From a virus (lineage: Duplodnaviria; Heunggongvirae; Uroviricota; Caudoviricetes): a DNA stretch of 15,824 bases. Under the pieces are notes generated by a model. It searched no databases. It was not told where the DNA came from and was given only the letters and a program-made list of their open reading frames with translations. The stretch lies in IMG/VR virus record IMGVR_UViG_2663763282_000011. The stretch is one strand, 5' to 3'. Made by a program: the position numbers and the translations under genes. This document shows positions 1 to 6,858 of this stretch, one piece after another (positions within the stretch are counted from its first letter, which is position 1; each line of letters begins with the position of its first letter).

Positions 1-1230
1 ATGAGCAGAGCACTTAACAAACTGAGCGATACACAGCTGAGGAAAATCAACGGCACACCCGCCCAAAAAACAGCCTTTCTTAATGACGGTGGAAACCTGA
101 GCGTCAGGCATTCAACCAGTGGCCTTTTAACCTGGTATTTCACTTACAGGGCCGGAACGGGAAGGGGGGCACCACCGGAACGCATTAAGCTGGGAAATTA
201 TCCTGATCTGAGCCTGAAATCAGCCAGGGAAAAAGCCGCCCAGTGTCGCGCATGGCTGGCAGAGGGGAAAAATCCACGTCATGAGCTTAATTACACCGTA
301 CAGGAAGCGTTAAAGCCGGTAACGGTTGGCGATGCGCTCACCTACTGGCTTGAGTCGTACGCAAAGGAAAACCGCGTGGATTATGCCGCCCTGAAAAAGC
401 GCCTTAATAATCACGTAATACAGCACATTGGTGCTATGCCGCTGGATAAATGCGAGCTACGGCACTGGCTGGCCTGTTTTGACCAGGTGGCAAAGCGAAC
501 GCCTGTTACTGCCGGATTCTTGCTACAGACGTGCAAACAGGCGCTTAAGTTCTGCCGGAGGCGGCGCTATGCAATCAGCAACGTTCTTGATGATATGAGT
601 GTGGCGGACGTTGGGAAAAAACCGGATATAAGCGAGCGTGTCTTAAGCACCAAAGAACTGGGCGAATTATTGCAGGCACTGGACAAAAAAATATTCTCCC
701 CCTACTACATCGCGTTAATCCGCCTCCTGATTGTGTTCGGATGCCGGACGGTAGAACTGAGGTTATCGGAGATCAGCGAGTGGGATTTTACCGAAATGCT
801 CTGGACCGTGCCGAAAGAACACAGCAAAACGAAGGTGGCAATATTCCGGCCCATACCGGAAGCAATACTGCCGTTCGTCACGCAGCTGGTGGAGCAGAAC
901 AGGCACACGGGCTTATTGCTGGGGGAAGTGAAACAGGAAACAAGCGTGTCGCAGTACGGCAGATTAGCGCACAGGAGGCTAAATCACCCTCACTGGTCAC
1001 TACATGACATCCGGCGCACCTTTACAACGATGCTGAACGATTTAGGCGTGGATCCTCACGTCGTGGAGCAGCTTACAGGCCACCAGATGCCAGGAATGCA
1101 GCGAGTTTATAATCATTCCCGTTATCTGGATGCTAAACGCAATGCGCTGGATATGTGGACGGAGCGGTTAGGGATACTGGCGGGAACACATGAAAACGTA
1201 ACCACGCTACCAGTAGCCAGAAGAAAATAA
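1..1230 (+). CDS. int: Site-specific tyrosine recombinase (P4-type integrase), 409 aa
   Basis: The C-terminal region has the catalytic signature of tyrosine recombinases (HDIRRTFTT...LTGHQ...VYNHSRYLD, i.e. R, H-x-x-R and Y). The N-terminal 'LSDTQLRK...GNLSVRHSTSG...YFTYR' resembles the arm-binding domain of P4-like integrases. The ORF starts at the ATG at position 1, so the true 5' context is outside the window. Confidence 0.9.
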   Translation: MSRALNKLSDTQLRKINGTPAQKTAFLNDGGNLSVRHSTSGLLTWYFTYRAGTGRGAPPERIKLGNYPDLSLKSAREKAAQCRAWLAEGKNPRHELNYTVQEALKPVTVGDALTYWLESYAKENRVDYAALKKRLNNHVIQHIGAMPLDKCELRHWLACFDQVAKRTPVTAGFLLQTCKQALKFCRRRRYAISNVLDDMSVADVGKKPDISERVLSTKELGELLQALDKKIFSPYYIALIRLLIVFGCRTVELRLSEISEWDFTEMLWTVPKEHSKTKVAIFRPIPEAILPFVTQLVEQNRHTGLLLGEVKQETSVSQYGRLAHRRLNHPHWSLHDIRRTFTTMLNDLGVDPHVVEQLTGHQMPGMQRVYNHSRYLDAKRNALDMWTERLGILAGTHENVTTLPVARRK

Positions 1231-1269
1231 TTTTTTTCGTGTTTTTTCAGTATGCGCATACTGGATATG

Positions 1270-1325
1270 CGAACAGATACAACGTGCAACAATGAGCAAC
1301 AATGCGGAACAACTACGAACAAGAG
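1270..1325 (+). repeat. Tandem array of about 10-bp units each containing AACA(A) (gcaacaatga / gcaacaatgc / ggaacaacta / cgaacaagag, with weaker units upstream), phased at 10 bp
   Basis: Read directly: units start at 1286, 1296, 1306 and 1316 with an AACAA core, in the AT-rich int-alpA intergenic region. Confidence 0.45.
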
Positions 1326-1604
1326 GTGAAAAAGTGTACAGATTTATAAGTAGCTGATTTTTAATGTGTTACTGATTTTTTATACACTAGCGAATCACTC
1401 TTTAAATAGCGAGAAAAAAGGCATGAAACAATATTTTATGCCTTTGTATTAACATGAATTTAAAGGATTTTATCCTGATTATTCCTCTTTCTGTAAACCA
1501 TACGGCCTCAACATTTGCCAACTCTGAATCATCCTGACACAATCAGACACATCCCAACGCAATAGAACACGAAATAACTCTTTAAGAAACGAAAGGGGGC
1601 AATA

Positions 1605-1793
1605 GTGTTAAGCACTGATCGGTTTATACGTGAAAAAGAATGCGAAAAGCTAACAGGCCTTAGCCGCTCATGCCGCTACCGCCTGGAAAAGGCCGGACAA
1701 TTCCCATCACGTCGTAAACTTGGCGGTCGTTCCGTTGGCTGGTCTTTATCCGAGGTTCTGGCCTGGAAGGATAGCTGCAAGGCAGTTCATTAA
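1605..1793 (+). CDS. alpA: AlpA-family phage transcriptional regulator / excisionase-like HTH protein, 62 aa, GTG start
   Basis: Translation 'FIREKECEKLTGLSRSCRYRLEKAGQFPSRRKLGGRSVGWSLSEVLAWK' matches the AlpA/MerR-like winged-HTH pattern. Strong SD (AAAGGGGG) lies 6-7 nt upstream of the GTG. Position directly downstream of int is typical for Gram-negative PICIs and P4-like islands. Confidence 0.85.
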   Translation: MLSTDRFIREKECEKLTGLSRSCRYRLEKAGQFPSRRKLGGRSVGWSLSEVLAWKDSCKAVH

Positions 1794-2062
1794 TCACGCT
1801 GGCGGCACGCAGCCGCCACACATCAATCATCTGAACACAGAGCTATAACCATGAAGATTGAATATACGCCAGAACGTGGGCGGGGATTCGTTCGCCCTGG
1901 TGAAACTGGAAAACCACAAAATTGGGGTTTTTCAGGCATAAAAAAAGCGGCCCCGAAATGGAGCCGCCTTTCTGAACAGATAACCCGCTGCGCCGTTTGT
2001 GTGTGTGATCCCAAACATAAGCACGGGGATGATAGCCGCTATCAGGCTGGTGGGCAATGCAA

Positions 2063-2239
2063 TCAGTCTGGTTCAGTGCGTTGCCATAACTGCGAAGTTC
2101 TCTCCTTTGATGAGTATTCTTTAAGGTACTTCTCAAGGGCAAAAGAACACGGCGCGAATCGTTCTGATTCATGCTCTTTCTTTCTGCGTCGTCTTTTTCG
2201 TGCAGGTGATGTTTTTTCGGTTGATTCTTCGTTGGTCAT
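2063..2239 (-). CDS. Hypothetical small basic protein, 58 aa (MTNEESTEKTSPARKRRRRKKEHESERF...)
   Basis: Open frame on the minus strand co-directional with and just downstream of the RHH gene. No convincing SD. Below the ORF-track length cutoff, found by manual translation. Confidence 0.2.
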   Translation of the reverse strand: MTNEESTEKTSPARKRRRRKKEHESERFAPCSFALEKYLKEYSSKERTSQLWQRTEPD

Positions 2240-2296
2240 TGTGTGCGCCTGTAAAGCAATGCGCCGTAGTACCTCACACCACGGCGCTGATAGTTT

Positions 2297-2476
2297 TTAT
2301 CCTTTGGGTTCTATGCCGCGTTGCTGTAATTCTTTGCGGATTATTCGCTTTATCCAGGCAGCAAGAGAATCATCGCCGTCCTGTTGTTGTGCCTTTTCCA
2401 TCTTTTCCCGTAAGTCAGGATCTAAACGGAACTGGAACGGAGGATTACCACGCCTTTCGTTTTTGTGTGTTGACAC
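2297..2476 (-). CDS. Arc/MetJ-type ribbon-helix-helix DNA-binding protein, 59 aa, GTG start
   Basis: Manual minus-strand translation '(M)STHKNERRGNPPFQFRLDPDLREKMEKAQQQDGDDSLAAWIKRIIRKELQQRGIEPKG' aligns position by position with phage P22 Arc (beta strand 'FQFRLDP', helix A, G-x-S, helix B). GAGGTG SD lies about 8 nt upstream of the GTG. The overlapping + strand ORF 2200-2481 looks non-protein-like. Confidence 0.55.
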   Translation of the reverse strand: MSTHKNERRGNPPFQFRLDPDLREKMEKAQQQDGDDSLAAWIKRIIRKELQQRGIEPKG

Positions 2477-2477
2477 G

Positions 2478-2526
2478 TTAATTACACCTCAGGTAATGTA
2501 TTTATGTGTAGTGACACATTACACAC
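2478..2526. promoter_or_regulatory. Operator-like region in the divergent RHH / 2606-ORF intergenic region: inverted repeat GTAATGT-N16-ACATTAC (2493-2499 / 2516-2522) and direct repeat ATTACAC (2481-2487, 2518-2524)
   Basis: Repeats read directly. Location between two divergently oriented genes and the presence of an RHH repressor-type gene suggest an operator (inference). Confidence 0.4.
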
Positions 2527-2605
2527 AATCAACACAAAAAGCAAAGCCCCGCACTGTAGGAGCAGTAACGGGGCTTCTAACCAACAACGTAAACTAGGAG
2601 CCGTT

Positions 2606-2806
2606 ATGGTTGCCGTAAATCATATACCACACCTTGTACACACACAAACGGCCTTTGTGTGGCGTTTTCTGGCACTGAGTGCCGGAGAATCCCAAATCAT
2701 CCACGTAACCGCTTGGACGGAACGCGAAGCGCGTAGCCGTTGCCCGTCCGGTTGTGTTGCTGTATTCGCCGCCCGTATTCGTCAGGGGGAAACCTATGCA
2801 CAATAA
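2606..2806 (+). CDS. Small protein, 66 aa, possibly Icd-like (host cell-division inhibitor family); assignment tentative
   Basis: Strong SD (TAGGAG) 5 nt upstream of ATG 2606. The annotated 2504 start adds a low-complexity N-terminus without an RBS. Motif 'HVTAWTEREARSR' resembles what I recall of Icd-like proteins of P4-type elements; this is from memory and unverified. Confidence 0.4.
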   Translation: MVAVNHIPHLVHTQTAFVWRFLALSAGESQIIHVTAWTEREARSRCPSGCVAVFAARIRQGETYAQ

Positions 2807-3017
2807 AACCACACCGAACGCAGCAGCCGCCGCACTCACTACGCTGATGCACGCGCTTATTGATATTGAATGCACGGCAGAGCTTGCGCAGGGAGAAGAA
2901 CAGAAAGACCGGACACAGTTCGCCCTGGAATGTATCCGATACATCGCAACGCGGTCACTGAATGACGCTAAAAATATTCTTGTTGCCGATTGTGAAAATG
3001 GGGGGGGTTATGCGTGA
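2796..3017 (+). CDS. Hypothetical protein, 73 aa
   Basis: Internal ATG 2796 preceded by AGGGGGA SD; overlaps the end of the previous ORF, consistent with translational coupling. Contains a G8 homopolymer at 3000-3007. Confidence 0.45.
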   Translation: MHNKTTPNAAAAALTTLMHALIDIECTAELAQGEEQKDRTQFALECIRYIATRSLNDAKNILVADCENGGGYA

Positions 3018-3162
3018 TGATCGTTTTAATTCCCTGAAACAGGAATTTTCCGGCGTTCCTGATGATGCGGCTGATGCGCTTTCGTCAATGCCAGAACTTA
3101 TTAGAGCGGCTTTTTTCTTACTTTCCACGAGAGAATATAAATCAACGGGCTTGATGTACTGA
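3010..3162 (+). CDS. Hypothetical protein, 50 aa
   Basis: ATG 3010 directly follows a G-rich SD (the G8 run) and lies next to the stop of the upstream ORF. No recognisable domain. Confidence 0.35.
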   Translation: MRDDRFNSLKQEFSGVPDDAADALSSMPELIRAAFFLLSTREYKSTGLMY

Positions 3163-3231
3163 ATATCGCCGCCGATTATGCTGATTTCGTGACAGAGGTT
3201 ATTTTAAGAAAAACGACGGACGGGGATTAAT

Positions 3232-3465
3232 ATGCGTGATATTTACCACGAAACAATAGACCGCGCATTTCTTGCACTTTCTCACAGTGAAAACATGCTG
3301 GAAATATTGCGCATATGGCTTGAAACACTTGGCGACAATGAACGCGACAAACAAAAATCAAGAATTGCCACGGCATTAATAACGCTTCTTGAGCCTGTAA
3401 TAATGGAACTGCAAGAAATAGATCTATTGCACGACAGATATAAAGAACAACACACCGGAGAATAA
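3232..3465 (+). CDS. Hypothetical protein, 77 aa
   Basis: ATG preceded by CGGGGA SD at 5-nt spacing. Helical-looking, charged sequence with no recognisable family. Confidence 0.5.
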   Translation: MRDIYHETIDRAFLALSHSENMLEILRIWLETLGDNERDKQKSRIATALITLLEPVIMELQEIDLLHDRYKEQHTGE

Positions 3466-3470
3466 AAATA

Positions 3471-3770
3471 ATGAAACTTAAATATTCTGGCTTAACTGCC
3501 AGTGGCAACACTCACCCTAAATTTACGCGCGGTGATATTTACCGCGACCAGTACGGCGGCATGGTAACGATTAAAGGCGTGGCAGAACGGCGCATCACCT
3601 ACCGCCGTGAAGGTTACGAATATGATTGCGTGATGCCTGTTTATCAATTCCGGCGTGATTTCACGCTGGTACAGGCAGCGCCCCGCAGTAAACCAACCAG
3701 CAGGGAGAAAGCACGCGCCAATATTCAGGAAATAAAAAAGATGCTTAACGTATTCAGGGGTAAAAAATGA
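3471..3770 (+). CDS. Hypothetical protein, 99 aa, translationally coupled to the primase
   Basis: GGAGA SD upstream; its stop overlaps the primase start (ATGA at 3767-3770). Confidence 0.55.
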   Translation: MKLKYSGLTASGNTHPKFTRGDIYRDQYGGMVTIKGVAERRITYRREGYEYDCVMPVYQFRRDFTLVQAAPRSKPTSREKARANIQEIKKMLNVFRGKK

Positions 3771-5515
3771 AACTGGCACCGAACGTAAAAAAACAGCCAC
3801 GCGGAATAAAACACAAAGACACAGAGGTAATTATCTTTGCGGGTAGTGATGCCTGGTCGCACGCGAAACAATGGCAGGAGCAGGATGGCCCCGCATCCGG
3901 CGATAATGTGCCGCCTGTGTGGCTTGGGCCAAATCAGCTTGCCGAACTTGATGCACTGAAAATTGTTCCGGATGGAAAAAAACGCGTAAGGCTGTACCAG
4001 GCCGGAGAACTGGATTTGGTGGAGACCAAAAAGATTGGTCAGAAGCTGGCGGCGGCAGATATTCAGGACGCAAATTTTTACCCCGAAGGAATGCACGTCC
4101 AGAAGTGTGAAAACTGGCGGCGCTATCTGAATGCTGAGCGTGAAAATATTGCCGCAGGGCTTACCATGCCGGAGCAGAAAAATACGCAACTGGCACAAAT
4201 GGCAGACAGTGAGCGCGCGCAGCTGCTTGCCGAGCGCTTTGATGGCGTTTGTGTGCATCAGGAAAGTGAAATCGTTCACGTATGGCGCGGCGGGGTATGG
4301 TGTCCGGTCAGCACAATGGAACTTAGCCGCGAAATGGTGGTGATCTATTCAGAGCACAGGGCCACTTTCAGCAAGCGCGTAATCAATAACGCCGTGGAAG
4401 CGTTAAAAGTTATTGCCGAACCAATGGGCGAGCCGTCCGGCGATTTGCTGCCGTTCGCCAATGGTGCGCTTGACCTGAAAACGGGGGAATTTTCCCCGCA
4501 CACGCCGGAGAACTGGATCACCACGCACAACGGCATTGAGTACACGCCACCAGCACCAGGGGAGAACATCCGCGATAACGCGCTAAACTTTCATAAATGG
4601 CTTGAGCACGCAGCCGGAAAAGACCAGCGCAAGATGATGCGTATATGTGCCGCGCTGTACATGATTATGGCGAACCGGTACGACTGGCAGATGTTTATTG
4701 AGGCCACCGGAGACGGCGGGAGCGGTAAAAGTACATTCACACACATAGCCAGCCTTCTGGCAGGGAAACAGAACACGGTAAGCGCTGAAATGACATCGCT
4801 TGATGATGCTGGTGGACGTGCGCAGGTTGTCGGGAGTCGTCTTATCGTCCTGGCTGACCAGCCGAAATATACAGGCGAAGGAACGGGCATCAAGAAAATC
4901 ACGGGCGGTGACCCCGTGGAAATTAACCCGAAATACGAAAAGCGTTTCACGGCTGTAATCAGGGCGGTGGTGCTGGCGACCAACAATAACCCGATGATAT
5001 TCACCGAACGGGCCGGAGGTGTGGCACGTCGTCGCGTGATTTTCCGTTTCGACAATATCGTTAGTGAGGCCGAAAAAGACAGGGAGCTACCGGAAAAGAT
5101 TGCGGCTGAAATCCCTGTCATTATCCGCCGATTGCTGGCGAACTTTACCGACTCTGAGAAAGCACGGGCTTTACTACTGGAACAGCGTGACGGTGATGAA
5201 GCTCTGGCAATAAAGCAACAGACGGATCCGGTTATTGAGTTTTGCCAGTTCCTGAATTTTCTGGAGGAAGCACGCGGCCTGATGATGGGCGGCGGTGGCG
5301 ATTCAGTGAAGTACACGACCAGAAACAGCCTTTACCGCGTCTATCTGGCGTTTATGGCGTACGCAGGCAGGAGCAAACCGCTAAACGTAAATGACTTTGG
5401 CAAGGCTATGAAGCCAGCCGCGAAAGTTTACGGACATGAATATATTACGCGGAAAGTTAAGGGAGTAACGCAGACTAACGCAATAACAACAGACGAGTGC
5501 GACGCGTTTTTATAA
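3767..5515 (+). CDS. Replication initiator: phage/plasmid primase-helicase (P4 alpha C-terminal domain type, SF3 NTPase), 582 aa
   Basis: Walker A 'TGDGGSGKST' and Walker B-like 'RLIVLADQ' read in the translation. Size and position (followed directly by iterons) match the PICI pri-rep gene. The N-terminal domain is not confidently assigned. Confidence 0.88.
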   Translation: MKLAPNVKKQPRGIKHKDTEVIIFAGSDAWSHAKQWQEQDGPASGDNVPPVWLGPNQLAELDALKIVPDGKKRVRLYQAGELDLVETKKIGQKLAAADIQDANFYPEGMHVQKCENWRRYLNAERENIAAGLTMPEQKNTQLAQMADSERAQLLAERFDGVCVHQESEIVHVWRGGVWCPVSTMELSREMVVIYSEHRATFSKRVINNAVEALKVIAEPMGEPSGDLLPFANGALDLKTGEFSPHTPENWITTHNGIEYTPPAPGENIRDNALNFHKWLEHAAGKDQRKMMRICAALYMIMANRYDWQMFIEATGDGGSGKSTFTHIASLLAGKQNTVSAEMTSLDDAGGRAQVVGSRLIVLADQPKYTGEGTGIKKITGGDPVEINPKYEKRFTAVIRAVVLATNNNPMIFTERAGGVARRRVIFRFDNIVSEAEKDRELPEKIAAEIPVIIRRLLANFTDSEKARALLLEQRDGDEALAIKQQTDPVIEFCQFLNFLEEARGLMMGGGGDSVKYTTRNSLYRVYLAFMAYAGRSKPLNVNDFGKAMKPAAKVYGHEYITRKVKGVTQTNAITTDECDAFL

Positions 5516-5530
5516 TTTTTTGTAATTGCT

Positions 5531-5765
5531 GTCTACCCTGTCTACCTGAGTAAAGAAAAATACATTTAATTCAGTGCATTAAGTTAGGTAGATAGCCTTT
5601 TTTTACTGTCTACCCACTATCTACCCTCTCTACCTGATTTTACCTGAATCAGACAGGGAGGTAGACACGGGGTAGATAGTGGATAAAAGCACTCTACCCC
5701 GCTGAAAGCAGCGCCATTACTGGCATGAGGGCCACTAAGGTAGATAAGGTAGACAAGGGGAGGCA
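5531..5765. repeat. Replication origin: iteron cluster of about 14 copies of a 7-8 bp motif GTCTACC / GGTAGA(C/T)A in both orientations, with an AT-rich spacer
   Basis: Read directly: GTCTACC at 5531, 5540, 5608; ATCTACC 5619; CTCTACC 5627, 5693; GGTAGATA 5587, 5671, 5749; GGTAGACA 5660, 5758. Lies immediately 3' of the primase/rep gene, as in PICI and SaPI origins. Confidence 0.75.
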
Positions 5766-5803
5766 CAACTCAAAACTTTTTAAACGAGGGGGTAAAAATA
5801 AAT

Positions 5804-6082
5804 ATGCACACTTCAGGGAAATTTAATAAATCATTCAAAAAACGCAGAGACAGAACAGAACCGAAATATCGCGCGTTAGACATGACAGAGCACGCTTTAA
5901 AGGTGGCAATCAGAACGATAGACCGCCACGCGGGGGAAGGATACGCGAAAGCACATCCCGAACTGATAAGCGCATTCATGACCACGACGGCGGCAAATTT
6001 TGCCACGCTGACAGAGCGGGAGATTGCCGAAGCGGAACAGGTAACAACAATCAACGTTAAAACCGGAGAGGTGGAATCATGA
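5804..6082 (+). CDS. Hypothetical protein, 92 aa
   Basis: GAGGGGG SD about 11 nt upstream (long spacing). First gene after the ori. No recognisable family. Confidence 0.5.
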   Translation: MHTSGKFNKSFKKRRDRTEPKYRALDMTEHALKVAIRTIDRHAGEGYAKAHPELISAFMTTTAANFATLTEREIAEAEQVTTINVKTGEVES

Positions 6083-6384
6083 GCGAACCAAAATTTGGTG
6101 AAAAATTTTACAAGCACAACGGACGGATCACGATTCTGCAAATAAGCGCAGCTACACCAGGCTGGTGGGTTGAAACAGACGAAGGATCCTCACCCGTGGC
6201 ATCATGGGAGCTTTGTGTGCTTAGTTACCCTGACCGCGATGTGTATCAGGATATTCTGCCTGTGATATCCACTGACAAAGGCATGAAACCCGTAGACATC
6301 AAAAACATGGGGTTTCAGTGCGTAATGCTCACTGAAAAAATGATGGAAGAGATGAAAAAGAACAATGCCGGATCGCTTCACTGA
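6079..6384 (+). CDS. Hypothetical protein, 101 aa
   Basis: GGAGAGGTGG SD; ATGA overlap with the upstream ORF indicates translational coupling. Confidence 0.55.
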   Translation: MSEPKFGEKFYKHNGRITILQISAATPGWWVETDEGSSPVASWELCVLSYPDRDVYQDILPVISTDKGMKPVDIKNMGFQCVMLTEKMMEEMKKNNAGSLH

Positions 6385-6393
6385 GGTGGCAAT

Positions 6394-6555
6394 ATGACAG
6401 CACAAATTGCAGCTTACGGGCAGCTGGTGGGCGACCCGCTGGTAAAACAGAGCAGCAAGGGCACACCGGAGCCGCCAACGGAGAACTACGCAGACCTGAG
6501 AAATGCAGTAAATCGCACTTACGCAGACATGGGGCTGAGCAAATTAGCAGAGTAG
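6394..6555 (+). CDS. Hypothetical protein, 53 aa (MTAQIAAYGQLVGDPLVKQSSKG...)
   Basis: GAGGTGG SD 5 nt upstream of the ATG. Below the ORF-track cutoff, found by manual translation. Followed by an intrinsic terminator. Confidence 0.4.
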   Translation: MTAQIAAYGQLVGDPLVKQSSKGTPEPPTENYADLRNAVNRTYADMGLSKLAE

Positions 6556-6577
6556 GAATATCAGAACCACACCACGC

Positions 6578-6610
6578 AGCCGGAGCAATCCGGCTTTTTG
6601 TTATTTTTTG
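6578..6610 (+). terminator. Rho-independent terminator closing the replication-module operon
   Basis: 7-bp GC-rich stem AGCCGGA/TCCGGCT with GCAA tetraloop, followed by TTTTTGTTATTTTTT. Confidence 0.65.
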
Positions 6611-6858
6611 TAAATTATTTGTTCGTGGTTGTTCCACGTTGTTCACTGAGCGGATCGGCATATTTTACCCGAACTGAATCATGATTATTCTCGCCCGTGG
6701 TGCCAGGACGCTGGGGCCACTTTCCCGCCTGTTAATGTGCTCGCCAATATTCATTACCAGGCGGGAAAACGATCGGTGCGATTACTGATTTCCTTATGAA
6801 AAACGGTTGAGTGTTTGCCGCGTCCTGGAGTTCCTTACTTAACCCCAGGACTTTTTTT
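6611..6858 (+). promoter_or_regulatory. Control region of the capsid/packaging operon: TTGTTC repeats with inverted repeat CGTGG-N5-CCACG (6617-6646), 10-bp inverted repeat TTCCCGCCTG-N26-CAGGCGGGAA (6722-6767), and hairpin GTCCTGG/CCAGGAC plus T7 (6822-6858) abutting the capsid ATG
   Basis: All elements read directly. A promoter-like TTGTTC-N16-TATTTT is present. Function is inferred. Confidence 0.45.

Noticed and set aside
705-1322. Short ORFs inside or overlapping the integrase (705-908 minus, 741-1007 plus, 1122-1322 minus)
   Set aside because: Alternative frames of a well-supported integrase gene; no independent evidence.
1851-2597. 248-aa + strand ORF
   Set aside because: Low-complexity, Cys/Arg-rich translation with no RBS. 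Its 3' half is antisense to the much more protein-like Arc-type RHH gene. Most likely a spurious ORF in GC-rich DNA.
3000-3007. G8 homopolymer (and G7 at 10546-10552) as phase-variation switches
   Set aside because: Given the poly-G artefacts elsewhere in this assembly, these may simply be noisy base calls. Both sit in-frame in ORFs and there is no evidence of length variation.
4591-5316. 241-aa minus-strand ORF (and the 184-aa ORF at 3725-4279 and the 74-aa ORF at 4345-4569)
   Set aside because: Entirely antisense to the primase/helicase gene, with Ser/Arg/Pro-rich composition typical of antisense frames of GC-rich genes.
5531-5765. CRISPR array
   Set aside because: The repeats are only 7-8 bp, irregularly spaced, in both orientations and without unique spacers. 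This is an iteron origin, not CRISPR.
6811-6858. GTG 6811 as the capsid start (adds MFAASWSSLLNPRTFF)
   Set aside because: The extension would be translated from the hairpin and U-tract, and the HK97 delta domain normally begins at the Met of 'MQRIIEL'. Kept only as an alternative because neither start has an SD.
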